Below are positions 50,624 through 59,964 of a stretch of DNA of 64,000 bases, piece by piece. The stretch lies in the NCBI GenBank assembly GCA_963666205.1, contig OY762654.1:1120001-1184000 (forward strand). The letters run 5' to 3'. The translations under genes and the position numbers were made by a program. Under the pieces are notes generated by a model, which saw only the letters and a list, made by a program, of their open reading frames with translations, was not told where the DNA came from and ran no database searches. The stretch's first letter is position 1. Every line of letters begins with the position of its first letter. The DNA is from Synergistales bacterium. GTDB taxonomy: Bacteria > Synergistota > Synergistia > Synergistales > JAFGMB01.

Positions 50624-51157
50624 CTAGTGCCCCAGATCCCTGGACTCTTCAGTTATATCCTGCCAGGAACCTGATCTGAACCGTATAAAGTCCTTGAAAA
50701 ATTCCGCCAGGAACTGGAGTGCAAGCATAAATGCTCCCATAGGCATAAAACTCTGTGGTATGGCCAGCCAGGTTTCAGAGATCTGCATGGACCTGGTACC
50801 GCTAACTACGGAATCCCAGAAAAAAAGAAAGGTAACCCAGGTAAGAACGGTACAGAAAATAAAACCGGCCATGTAGCATATCATGTCCAGGACTAACCTG
50901 GATCTTCCATGCAGTATGTTATGAAGGAAGGTCATCCTTATATGACCCTTCTCCCGCAATGTGTAACCAAGGGCAAGAAAGGTAAGGGCGGACATAAGGT
51001 AACCGGAATATTCCTCTGTGATATAGAGTGTCCCGTTGAAAAGGGACCGGACAAGGATCTCCGCTATGACAAGAAGAGTACCTGCGGCTATCATGATACC
51101 CGAGAGGGCTCCTCCCATACCGGAAAGAATGTCACTGAATCTGGTGATCTTTTCCAT
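50624..51157 (-). CDS. dctQ: TRAP transporter small permease DctQ
   Basis: Four TM segments, EEYSGY, GHIRM. Confidence 0.92.
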   Translation of the reverse strand: MEKITRFSDILSGMGGALSGIMIAAGTLLVIAEILVRSLFNGTLYITEEYSGYLMSALTFLALGYTLREKGHIRMTFLHNILHGRSRLVLDMICYMAGFIFCTVLTWVTFLFFWDSVVSGTRSMQISETWLAIPQSFMPMGAFMLALQFLAEFFKDFIRFRSGSWQDITEESRDLGH

Positions 51158-51199
51158 GTAATTTTCATCCTTCCAGAATAAAAAAGAGAACGATCAAAG

Positions 51200-51229
51200 G
51201 AGGGAAGGACCCTGAAGAGTCCTTCCCTC
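51200..51229. other. Intra-operon hairpin between dctP and dctQ
   Basis: gagggaaggac ... gtccttccctc. Confidence 0.65.
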
Positions 51230-51242
51230 TGCTGAAAAAGTA

Positions 51243-52247
51243 TTATCCCTGCCGTCCAACCTGTTTCAGAAATTCGTCATAGATCTTCTTTCCATTATCC
51301 GGTGCTGAATCATACCATTCCTTACGGATCTCTCTGGTTATCTCCGTAAGCTCATCAAGAAGTTCCGATGAAACGGGAACACTGATGATCCCGTTATCAT
51401 TGCACATTTTCTCCTTCTGGAGATCAAGCTCTTCCACCCTGGCCCACATGATCTTCTCCATCTCTTTCCCGGCTTCCAGTACCTTTTCCTGCATCTGGGG
51501 ATCGAGTTTGTTGAAAGCCTTGAGATTTACAGTGACAAGGTCGGTTGCAAGGGTAATATCGATCCTCTGGAAATATTTGAGGACTTCCCAGAATTTGCCG
51601 TCAACACCGGTGGGAGTAGATGTAAGGACCGAGTCTATCAGACCGGTTGCCAGAGAAGAATAGACTTCACTGAAGGGGAGAGGATAGGGTGTTGCCTCAA
51701 CTGCTTTCATGACCAGTGCACCGTTCTTGTCATAGGTCCGGGTTTTAAGACCCTTCATGTCGGTAACTGTCCTGATCTCCTTCTGGGTCCATATACCAGC
51801 AGCCGGCCAGGGAGCAATGTAAAGGATCTTCTGCTTCCATTTTTTCTCGGCCGCCTCATCAAAGTAGGGTCTACAGATATCCGCAAGCAGTTTCCCTTCT
51901 TTGAATCCTCTGACAAGGAAAGGAAGGGTGGGCATGGTGTAGAGGGGTTCATCTCCTGCCACTCCACTTGTAAGCATATCCGATACCGGCACAAGGCCAT
52001 CACGGACTGCCTTGAGAAGTTCAGGTCCCTTGTAGCCCAGGGCCCCCCCTGAATGGACCACTATCTCCAGTTGTCCATCAGTCTTTTCGGCGACCATCTT
52101 TGCAAATTCTTCCAACCCTATGGAGTGATGGTTGTTTGGAGGCCATACGGAATTAGCATCCCACTTGACAGCCTTGGCAAGAACGGGTGCTGCAAAGAGG
52201 CTTAGACACAACAATACTGCCATTACCAGAACTACTGCTTTTCTCAT
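51243..52247 (-). CDS. dctP: TRAP transporter substrate-binding protein DctP
   Basis: Signal peptide from ATG 52247, HSGGALG, GLKTRT, SEVYSSLATGLID. Confidence 0.93.
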   Translation of the reverse strand: MRKAVVLVMAVLLCLSLFAAPVLAKAVKWDANSVWPPNNHHSIGLEEFAKMVAEKTDGQLEIVVHSGGALGYKGPELLKAVRDGLVPVSDMLTSGVAGDEPLYTMPTLPFLVRGFKEGKLLADICRPYFDEAAEKKWKQKILYIAPWPAAGIWTQKEIRTVTDMKGLKTRTYDKNGALVMKAVEATPYPLPFSEVYSSLATGLIDSVLTSTPTGVDGKFWEVLKYFQRIDITLATDLVTVNLKAFNKLDPQMQEKVLEAGKEMEKIMWARVEELDLQKEKMCNDNGIISVPVSSELLDELTEITREIRKEWYDSAPDNGKKIYDEFLKQVGRQG

Positions 52248-52605
52248 AAAACGGTTCCCCCTTCTGATTTGGAATATGTTCCATTTATTCTTTGAAGAAA
52301 CAATCAGTAACTGGTAAGAATACAGAACAAACCCACAGGATAATCCATCTTTCAACTCCGGATGGATTTTTATATCTGTCATATGAAAGGGTATTTCTGA
52401 GAGGTAAAAGATATTATTCGGGAAAAAACATAATTTTCCGACCCTTGTGCAATCATAATATCTTCATATTTAATTAAGTGCAAACGGGATTTGAATATTC
52501 TACAGATCTGATAAGTGGACTTTTCAATACAAGGTCTCTATCAGGAAGAGATCTGCCGTGTAACAGAACAGCGGAAGGAGGTCTTCTCTGTTCTTTTTTT
52601 ACGGA

Positions 52606-53199
52606 CTACATTTTTCTCAGCCGAAGTACCAGCTCTTTAATCTTTTTCAACAGGATCAGACCTGTTTCTTTCCAGTTCAAAGGTGCTTCCGGTTCCACCA
52701 GTTCATCCACCATATCTGAAAGAATCGAAAAATCCCCTGTACCCCTGATCTTTTTCCTGAAAATATCGACTTCCACGGACTCGATCCGTATCCGCTTCAC
52801 GAGCATATCCGCAGCTTCTTCCACTATCATGAGTATGCCGGGTTTATGAAAAAGGGCCGAGGCTTCTTCAAGGACCGGTTTAAGAGAATCATAGGCAGGC
52901 ATGCGGTTATAATGACGAAGGAACCTTCGAAGATGGGCCAGGGCATCCTTCCTGTCCTTCAGGCCTCCCCTGTCATCAGAATAAAAATGGTTTTCAGCCA
53001 TTATCCCGGCCATTGCAACCAGGAACTTTCTTATACCAACAGGATCAGGGTCGAAGACAAGACAGCGTCCCAGCTCGCCTTCAGAGGATGCCCTTTTCCT
53101 GGAGACATCACATCCTAGAACATCAAGACCCAGCATAAGGGCCATAACAAGATGACCTGCCTCATGAATGGCTATCCGCTTCTGATCGATCCTCTCCAC
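52606..53199 (-). CDS. Stand-alone M41 (FtsH-like) zinc peptidase domain protein
   Basis: AIHEAGH, AGIMAE and GGLKD; no AAA domain. Confidence 0.75.
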   Translation of the reverse strand: MERIDQKRIAIHEAGHLVMALMLGLDVLGCDVSRKRASSEGELGRCLVFDPDPVGIRKFLVAMAGIMAENHFYSDDRGGLKDRKDALAHLRRFLRHYNRMPAYDSLKPVLEEASALFHKPGILMIVEEAADMLVKRIRIESVEVDIFRKKIRGTGDFSILSDMVDELVEPEAPLNWKETGLILLKKIKELVLRLRKM

Positions 53200-53250
53200 C
53201 CGCTTTTTTAAAAATGTTTACATTATTTTTATCTTACACCTCCAGTGGAT

Positions 53251-53284
53251 AAAAAATAAGAAGGCGGAACAGATCCGCCTTCTT
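53251..53284 (-). terminator. Intrinsic terminator after small-ORF cluster
   Basis: aagaaggcgga-acaga-tccgccttctt with a U-tract on the minus strand. Confidence 0.75.
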
Positions 53285-53322
53285 CCTTAAGCACTATTGT
53301 TTATTAAAGAAGGTCTTTCAAT

Positions 53323-53520
53323 TCAAGACCATTCATCCTTTTTAGCCCTTCTCCTTCCAGGTCGCTCAGGCCTGGACCTGAAACCGGACATTCTATTCAA
53401 CGGATAATGTGGATCAATTGTTTCCCCTTCCATCCCCTCTAACCCGGCAAAGAAATCTTCAGGAAAAACATATTTATTCCCTTCGCTGTTCAGGGAATTA
53501 TTCTGTTTATATGCTTTCAT
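53323..53520 (-). CDS. Small hypothetical protein (65 aa)
   Basis: AAGGAGAG RBS; acidic middle, basic tail. Confidence 0.6.
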   Translation of the reverse strand: MKAYKQNNSLNSEGNKYVFPEDFFAGLEGMEGETIDPHYPLNRMSGFRSRPERPGRRRAKKDEWS

Positions 53521-53559
53521 CTCTCCACTCTCCTTAAAAGGTAATTGTTCTTCAGGATC

Positions 53560-53733
53560 TTATCTATCTTTAACATTCCCTATTCTTTTAAGCTCTCCAT
53601 TCCTGGTCCTGGTGTAAATGGGTCTCTCTGGAAAACCTTTCCGGGAAACCTCTATCTTCTCAAATCCCCCTTCAGGATGCTTCCAGTAAGGCTGGCCTTC
53701 AAGATATACCAGTCTGGATCTTGCAGCAGACAT
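53560..53733 (-). CDS. Small hypothetical protein (57 aa; below ORF-track cutoff)
   Basis: AGGGGGGA RBS; MSAARSRLVYLEGQPYWKHPEGGFEKIEVSRKGFPERPIYTRTRNGELKRIGNVKDR. Confidence 0.6.
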   Translation of the reverse strand: MSAARSRLVYLEGQPYWKHPEGGFEKIEVSRKGFPERPIYTRTRNGELKRIGNVKDR

Positions 53734-53766
53734 CAAATCCCCCCTGACTTATTCAACTGACCGACT

Positions 53767-53937
53767 TCAGTTACCTTCAAAGACAGTCAAGAACCCCCTG
53801 TTACCGGTTTTCTCCCTGTAAATTTCAAGAAGGACCCTTGTATAACAATTTTCCCATATGTCTCCCCTTATTTCTTTCAGGGCCCTTGAGGATTCAAGAT
53901 ATTGTTTCTGACTCAATAGCCTGGATAACCTGTTCAT
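53767..53937 (-). CDS. Small hypothetical protein (56 aa), paralog of next ORF
   Basis: MNRLSRLLSQKQYLES...W. Confidence 0.6.
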   Translation of the reverse strand: MNRLSRLLSQKQYLESSRALKEIRGDIWENCYTRVLLEIYREKTGNRGFLTVFEGN

Positions 53938-53966
53938 ATAGCAGGACTTTTCCACTTAAGGTATTT

Positions 53967-54125
53967 TCATATCTTTGAAAAAGACTTCTCTTTGCTTACT
54001 TCTTTTTCCAGGTCTTCAACAATCTGGTGAAATCTGAGGGTCCATTCGACCTCCTTCATCATTGTACGGCTCTCATCCGATTCAAGAAATGCTTTCTGCC
54101 TTTTCAGAACTTCCAATCTGTTCAT
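53967..54125 (-). CDS. Small hypothetical protein (52 aa)
   Basis: GGGGAGG RBS; MNRLEVLKRQKAFLES...W. Confidence 0.65.
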   Translation of the reverse strand: MNRLEVLKRQKAFLESDESRTMMKEVEWTLRFHQIVEDLEKEVSKEKSFSKI

Positions 54126-54353
54126 ATGATCTGCCTCCCCTGTTATTTTTGTCAAAGTCCCTTCTGTCTACATTTTTCTCGGAAATCAAGATCCTGGAAA
54201 CAAAGAATAACTGCATACATAGAGGTCTTCAATAGGGGATTCCCTTAACAGGGGATAGGGATAATCTTATTTGAAGGGTTAATAAAACAGCAAAAGCATC
54301 TTTGACTGCAAAGCTGCTTTCCTTTCAGAACAAATTCTATAGCAGGTGCTGTA

Positions 54354-55010
54354 CTAGGTATCGAGGTAGGTAATTCCCTCTCGCAGGGCATATTTTGTCA
54401 ATTCGGCGACGGTCTTCAAGTTCAATTTTTTCATTATGTTCTGACGGTGGGCCTCAACTGTTTTGATGCTGAGATGAAGCATTTCTGCCATTTCCTTGGT
54501 TCCCCTGCCTTCTGCTATAAGCTGAAGGACTTCCCTTTCCCTCGTTGTCAGTGGAGAGGCCACTGCATATTTATCTTCCTTATCTACAAAAGTCAGGTAA
54601 CCATCAACTATTTTCTCTGAAATGCTCGGGCTAAGACACACCTCTCCCTTCATTATGCACCGTATGGCTTTCGCGAGATCACTGAAAGCACAATCTTTGA
54701 GTATGTACCCTGAAGCACCTGCCTTGAGCATTTCAACAACATACCTGATATCCGAGTGGACAGAAAGGGCAAGGACTTTTGCCTTCCCATTCTCTTTCAG
54801 AATTTTCTGAGTAGACTCTATACCATTAAAACCAGGCATTATGACATCCATAACCACTACATCCGGGGAGAATTTTCTTAACAGGTTAAAGGCATCTCTT
54901 CCATTATCCGCTTCTGCTATGACCTTCATATCGGGCTGCTGGTCAAGAAGTGTTTTGAGCCCCTCCCTCAAAAGGTTATGATTATCCACAAGAATTATCT
55001 TTATGGTCAC
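54354..55010 (-). CDS. NarL/FixJ family response regulator
   Basis: Receiver VVMDVIMP; LuxR HTH LTTREREVLQLIAEG. Confidence 0.95.
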   Translation of the reverse strand: MTIKIILVDNHNLLREGLKTLLDQQPDMKVIAEADNGRDAFNLLRKFSPDVVVMDVIMPGFNGIESTQKILKENGKAKVLALSVHSDIRYVVEMLKAGASGYILKDCAFSDLAKAIRCIMKGEVCLSPSISEKIVDGYLTFVDKEDKYAVASPLTTREREVLQLIAEGRGTKEMAEMLHLSIKTVEAHRQNIMKKLNLKTVAELTKYALREGITYLDT

Positions 55011-56867
55011 TTATTCTCCCCCCCAGACCTGATCATCGACAGGCAAAGATATGGTGACCATGGTACCCCGGCCTTTTCTGGAGGATATCTCCAGATTTCC
55101 TCCGATAAAATGAACCCTCTCCCTTATACTGAATAACCCGAAGGAGGGAGAATAACCAACATTTCTGATCATCTCTTCCATATCAAAACCTTTGCCTCGA
55201 TCTTCAACTTCCAGGATGACCTGGTCTCCGTCAAGATAACTCCTTATGAACACCTCCCCTACCCCCGCATGTTTAATGACATTCATGAGAAGTTCTTTCA
55301 AGGATCTGAAGAGGAAAGCTTTTTTATCTTCACTCATGGGTTTTACCTGACCATCATCCTCATATTTCACTCTCAAGGAATGATCTGAGAACATTTTATC
55401 GCCCAGCCACCTGACAGCAGGCTCAAAACCCAGCTCATAAAGAATGGGGGGGCTTACCTCGAAAAGGAAATCCCTGGTGAAGGAGATAACCTGATCCAGA
55501 TCTCTGACAATTTCCGCAACCCTTTCTTCCAGTACGGGATCCGAAATCAGTTCTCCCAGGATTGAACTCTTGATCTTGAGAAGGGCAAGGTTCTGCCCGA
55601 TGCTATCATGGATCTTTTCGGCAATACTCTTTCTCTCCCTTTCTTCCGCTATATCGAGCTCCGAAGCCATATCCCGCAGTTTTTTCTGATAGATCTCAAG
55701 CTGCTTTTGGGATCCCTTTCTAAGAGTTATATCAACCAGATTTGAAATAACGAACTGCAGCTTATGATTTTCATAAACAGGGTATGCGTGAATCTCTGCC
55801 CATATCTGGTCGCCATTCCTGTTCTGAAACCTGCATTCAACCTTCTCTATTCCGGAATCGAAGGCCTGAAGAAAATATTCCCTGGTATCTTCAATGTAAT
55901 CTCTATGCCACCATGGATAGGGCTCTTTTTTACCCAGCAGCTCTTCGGAAGAAAAACCTGTAAAGATTTCCATGGCCCGGTTTACATATCTTATGGATCT
56001 GTCAGGATCTATCACCAGGATAGGATAAGGGGCATTGTCCAGAAGGGAGGATCTGAACTTCTCACTTTTAATAAGATCTGCCTCCGCTTTTTTCCTTTCG
56101 GATATATCCCTGCATATTGCAAGGACACCAGGCTGACCCTCAAGTTCAAAAAAATGGGCACTTATCTCGGCAGGAAAGAAAGAACCGTCTTTTCTGATTA
56201 AACAGCTTTCATAAAAGGAGTGCCGGGTACTGTAAAAACTTTCAAGCAATTCCGGTATGGTAACCAACCAGTCCTCTGGTTTCACAAGCTTCCGGGCTGT
56301 TATGGAAAGGATCTCTTCCCTGGTATATCCGAACATCCTGCAAGCACATTCATTGACCTCGATAAAGTTACCCGGCATACCTGAAGGATCTATGTCATAA
56401 ATGAAGACTCCGTCCATATTACTTTCGAAAAGGGTCCTGAATTTGACCTGACTGTCATTAATGGCTTTTTGTGCCTTATTTCTCTCGGTAATGTCTCTTG
56501 CAACTGACAACACAACATTCCTGCTTCTCCAGGTAAAGACATGTGCACTTATTTCACACGGAACAAGGATACCTTTGCTGCCTACAAGATCTGTTTCAAA
56601 GGTATGATGTTTTTTGCGGAAAAGGTCCTCCATCAGAAGGGGCATTATGTCCCACTGTTCACGGGTCGAGATATTCAACACCGATAGATTCAACAGTTCA
56701 TCCCTTGAATATGAGAGCATCCGGCATGCCACATCATTGATCTCTATGAAGTTGCCCGGAAGACCATCCTTTGTCACTTCATGGAAAAATATGGCATCAC
56801 TGATGTTGTTGAAAAGTTCCCGATATATCTGGCCAGCTATTCCTCTGGAACCTTTCCCTTCGGACAC
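55011..56867 (-). CDS. Cytoplasmic triple-PAS sensor histidine kinase (HisKA_3)
   Basis: Three PAS repeats (RDITERNK, RDISERKK, DITLRK); ERKSIAEKIHDSIGQ, NVIKHA, DRGKGF. Confidence 0.93.
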   Translation of the reverse strand: MSEGKGSRGIAGQIYRELFNNISDAIFFHEVTKDGLPGNFIEINDVACRMLSYSRDELLNLSVLNISTREQWDIMPLLMEDLFRKKHHTFETDLVGSKGILVPCEISAHVFTWRSRNVVLSVARDITERNKAQKAINDSQVKFRTLFESNMDGVFIYDIDPSGMPGNFIEVNECACRMFGYTREEILSITARKLVKPEDWLVTIPELLESFYSTRHSFYESCLIRKDGSFFPAEISAHFFELEGQPGVLAICRDISERKKAEADLIKSEKFRSSLLDNAPYPILVIDPDRSIRYVNRAMEIFTGFSSEELLGKKEPYPWWHRDYIEDTREYFLQAFDSGIEKVECRFQNRNGDQIWAEIHAYPVYENHKLQFVISNLVDITLRKGSQKQLEIYQKKLRDMASELDIAEERERKSIAEKIHDSIGQNLALLKIKSSILGELISDPVLEERVAEIVRDLDQVISFTRDFLFEVSPPILYELGFEPAVRWLGDKMFSDHSLRVKYEDDGQVKPMSEDKKAFLFRSLKELLMNVIKHAGVGEVFIRSYLDGDQVILEVEDRGKGFDMEEMIRNVGYSPSFGLFSIRERVHFIGGNLEISSRKGRGTMVTISLPVDDQVWGGE

Positions 56868-57058
56868 GGAGAAGCTCCTTCCCAGGGTTTAACCCGTTTT
56901 TTATATAAATTAAGAGGCACCAAAGAGAAGATCCATGTTACTCCAGCCGAACCGATCAACCCTGAAGATGAAAGTTAATGAAAAATGTATGAAATGAAAT
57001 ACAATCATTAAAATTATCATACTTTTTAGACAATTTGTCCAGTTATATGGTATATCCA

Positions 57059-57108
57059 TTAGAACGACAAAGGGGACAGCCATTGGGCTGTCCCCTTTGT
57101 CGTTCTAA
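57059..57108. terminator. Long perfect hairpin, probable terminator
   Basis: 23-bp stem ttagaacgacaaaggggacagcc-attg-ggctgtcccctttgtcgttctaa. Confidence 0.75.
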
Positions 57109-57322
57109 ACTTCTAAATCCAGGATCTGGATATTTTCATTTCCTCAGTGAAACGTATCCCCACTTCACCTGTCTGTCAAAGGATACCTTTAAGATATTTC
57201 CAGCCCTTACTCGATGGTAAGGTAAGGATGGTTTTCTGTTATGTGTTTCAGATAACTTCCATATTTCAATGCATTATGCATATCCGAGGCTAGATCGAGC
57301 CTGACATTCTCGTCCATTTTCT

Positions 57323-58087
57323 TTACCTTGCCCTGGCCACCTCAAGTTCCTTTTTACATGCATTTCCAAGGAGAGATGTTTCAGCATTGATAGTAATATA
57401 CTGGAAACCCTGCTCTGCTCTTCTCCTGGCCTGTTCGCCATCCAGGACAAAGATACCTGCAGCCTTTCCGGCTTTCCTGGCAATGGAGACCACCCTCGCC
57501 GCTGCTTCTTCGACCTTCGGATGATAAACCTCTCCTGGAACTCCCAGAGACTGGGACATGTCAAAGGGACCAAGAAATACCACATCTACCGAAGGGACTT
57601 TCACTATCTCATCCAGAGCCTCCAGGCCTTTGATGTTTTCACACTGTGCCACCACAAGTGTTTCTTCATTCGCCTGACTGAAATAATCAAGGGCCTTAAT
57701 ATTTCCGTAATCTGCAACACGGGTGAGGGCTACTCCCCTTGTGCCCAGGGGAAAATATTTTACTGCATCGACCACTGCCTCAGCCTCTTCCCTGCTGTTG
57801 ACCTGGGGAACCTGGATCCCGTGGGCACCAACATCCAGAAGACGAAGTATCTTCGTTCTGGAATTTTCTGTGGCCCTTACGACGGGAGTCATCCCCCTGT
57901 ACTCGGCTGCACGTATAAGGGTCTGTGCAGATTCAACGGAATTAGGTCCATGCTCGGTATCAATGACAAGGAAATCAAACCCGGAAATTCCGAGGATCTC
58001 CACCAGCTCCGGTGAATTGATCATGTTAAAGATACCTAAGGCTGTTTCGCCTTCCTTCATCATTTTTTTTAGTCTGTTTTTGAACAA
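57323..58087 (-). CDS. HpcH/HpaI aldolase family protein
   Basis: IDTEHG, VVR, QCE, FLGPFDMSQSLG. Confidence 0.9.
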   Translation of the reverse strand: MFKNRLKKMMKEGETALGIFNMINSPELVEILGISGFDFLVIDTEHGPNSVESAQTLIRAAEYRGMTPVVRATENSRTKILRLLDVGAHGIQVPQVNSREEAEAVVDAVKYFPLGTRGVALTRVADYGNIKALDYFSQANEETLVVAQCENIKGLEALDEIVKVPSVDVVFLGPFDMSQSLGVPGEVYHPKVEEAAARVVSIARKAGKAAGIFVLDGEQARRRAEQGFQYITINAETSLLGNACKKELEVARAR

Positions 58088-58116
58088 CGTTATGCCTCCC
58101 GGGATTAAAAGATATT

Positions 58117-58692
58117 TTATGAATTGATCTTCTTTAAAAGCCAGGCCATGTTTCGACCAAGGTTCTTCATGGTTTCAATACCCTCTTCATCCTTTTCAAA
58201 ATCCCCGAGATCCCTGGAAAGACTCATGTTCCAGTAACTTGATCCCGGAACGATCATATTGCTGATAAAGAAAAAGTGGTTTATGGAATTAAAAACATGC
58301 ATAGCCCCGGCTCTTCTGACTGGAACAACTGAGGCACCAACCTTACGTCTGAACATCTCTCCGTTGGCCTTGGCCACGTAACCTGCCCTGTCGATGAGTG
58401 CCTTTAATTCCGGAGTAAGGTTGGAAAAATAGGTTGGAGATCCCAGAATGATTCCGTCGGCTTCAACCATTTTTTCTATACAGGAATTAATAATATCATC
58501 TTCCATGACACACCTGCCATTTTTCATGCTGAAGCAGGCGCGACATCCTGTACAACCATGGAGGAGTTCTCCTCCGACCTGAATCAATTCCGTTTCTATA
58601 CCTTCAGTTCTGAGCTCCCTGAATACCGCATGGATCATAGCAGCGGTGTTTCCATCTTTCCTGGGACTCCCGTTTATTCCTATGACTTTCAT
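58117..58692 (-). CDS. Iron-sulfur flavoprotein (NADPH-dependent FMN reductase family)
   Basis: [16 protein letters not shown]...C, GSPTYF. Confidence 0.9.
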   Translation of the reverse strand: MKVIGINGSPRKDGNTAAMIHAVFRELRTEGIETELIQVGGELLHGCTGCRACFSMKNGRCVMEDDIINSCIEKMVEADGIILGSPTYFSNLTPELKALIDRAGYVAKANGEMFRRKVGASVVPVRRAGAMHVFNSINHFFFISNMIVPGSSYWNMSLSRDLGDFEKDEEGIETMKNLGRNMAWLLKKINS

Positions 58693-58718
58693 TACAATTC
58701 CTCCTTTAAATAAACTTG

Positions 58719-59222
58719 CTACCAGCTATTTTCCCAGTGCACTCTGCTCTCGTCATATCTATCAGGAGTTATTTTTTCTTCAGCAGGATATCCCAGGGAA
58801 ATGAGGCTGAAGACTTCAACATTTTCAGGAACATTCATAATGAACCCGAGTTCCTGTTTTCTCTCCTGATTCGGATGAACTCCCAGCCAGACACTGCCAA
58901 TCCCCTTATCCCGGGCTTCAAGAAGGATGTTCTCTGTTGCCGCAGAACAATCCTGAGACCAGTAACCCGGAGCTCTCTCAAGGGAAAGATCCGAACACAC
59001 TGCTATAACAAGGGGAGCTTCCCTCACCATCTGGGCATATGGATGCACATCAGCGATCCGGTTCAGGACATCCCGGTTTCTCATGACAATAAAATGCCAG
59101 GGTCTTTCGTTGACAGCTGAAGGGGCGCACATTCCTGCCCGGAGAAGATCCTCTATGATCTCCCGAGGAATTTCCCTGTCCTGGTACTTTCTTATACTCC
59201 GTCTTTCAAAGATGGCTTTCAT
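58719..59222 (-). CDS. Nitroreductase family protein
   Basis: [29 protein letters not shown]. Confidence 0.93.
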   Translation of the reverse strand: MKAIFERRSIRKYQDREIPREIIEDLLRAGMCAPSAVNERPWHFIVMRNRDVLNRIADVHPYAQMVREAPLVIAVCSDLSLERAPGYWSQDCSAATENILLEARDKGIGSVWLGVHPNQERKQELGFIMNVPENVEVFSLISLGYPAEEKITPDRYDESRVHWENSW

Positions 59223-59303
59223 ATTACTGTTCCTCCCTTTATGGTCCATAATACAGCTCGTTGCTACTTAAGAAGCTTCATTCCCGGTTGACATAAATTT
59301 CTC

Positions 59304-59347
59304 CTAAGGTATATTTTATATACTTAAGTATATAAAATATACCTTAG
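59304..59347. promoter_or_regulatory. Perfect 44-bp palindrome, probable HxlR-family operator
   Basis: ctaaggtatattttatatactt|aagtatataaaatataccttag between divergent genes. Confidence 0.8.
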
Positions 59348-59430
59348 AAATGGTAGCATGGACCTGTTTTTTTACAAGAGGGAACAATTACACCATCAGG
59401 TATAGGATCAGATACCAGGAGGCGATCTGT

Positions 59431-59748
59431 TTGGCTATCACAAAAAAAGAAGATTATCCATGCCCTATTCAGGCTGTACTGGACGTTATAGGAGGTAAGT
59501 GGAAGGTCAACATTCTCTGGCATATCGGTAACGAAGTAAAACGTTTCAACCAGCTGAACCGTGAGATCCCCGCAATTACCAAAAAAATGCTTACCATGCA
59601 GTTGAGAGATCTTGAAGACAACGAAATGGTTAACCGAAAGGTGTACGCTGAGATTCCACCCAGAGTAGAATATTCTCTTACCGAAAAGGGAAGAAGCATC
59701 CTGCCCCTGCTTGAGACCATGTGTGAATGGGGGAAAACATATCTCTGA
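59431..59748 (+). CDS. HxlR/DUF24 winged-helix regulator
   Basis: CPIQAVLDVIGGKWK, PPRVEYSLT; TTG start after AGGAGG. Confidence 0.92.
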   Translation: MAITKKEDYPCPIQAVLDVIGGKWKVNILWHIGNEVKRFNQLNREIPAITKKMLTMQLRDLEDNEMVNRKVYAEIPPRVEYSLTEKGRSILPLLETMCEWGKTYL

Positions 59749-59964
59749 TCCTTTAGATGAGCATCTTTCTTCATATCCTTCTGATATCCTCCACTATTTC
59801 CGTACCAGGGAGGGAATAGCCTTCATTGCTGAAGAAAATATCCACGGCAGAAATAAATTAAAAGAGGAAAGCGTAGCCTGAGCATTAAGGGATATCTTTG
59901 ACTTTTTAATGAAAATAGCTAACAATTTATGATGCGGAGAATAAAGATCGAAGGAGGTTTTTTC

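Noticed and set aside
103-57108. Long intergenic hairpins as a REP/MITE family or CRISPR repeats
   Set aside because: Their sequences are unrelated to one another, are not arrayed, and sit at gene ends, consistent with terminators
57206-57316. 36-codon minus-strand ORF (MDENVRLDLASDMHN...) after the aldolase
   Set aside because: No recognisable motif or paralog; could be chance
57323-58087. HpcH/HpaI protein as substitute for the missing CitE
   Set aside because: Motifs (DTEHG, GPFDMSQSLG) are aldolase-type rather than CitE-type, and it lies about 9 kb away in another unit
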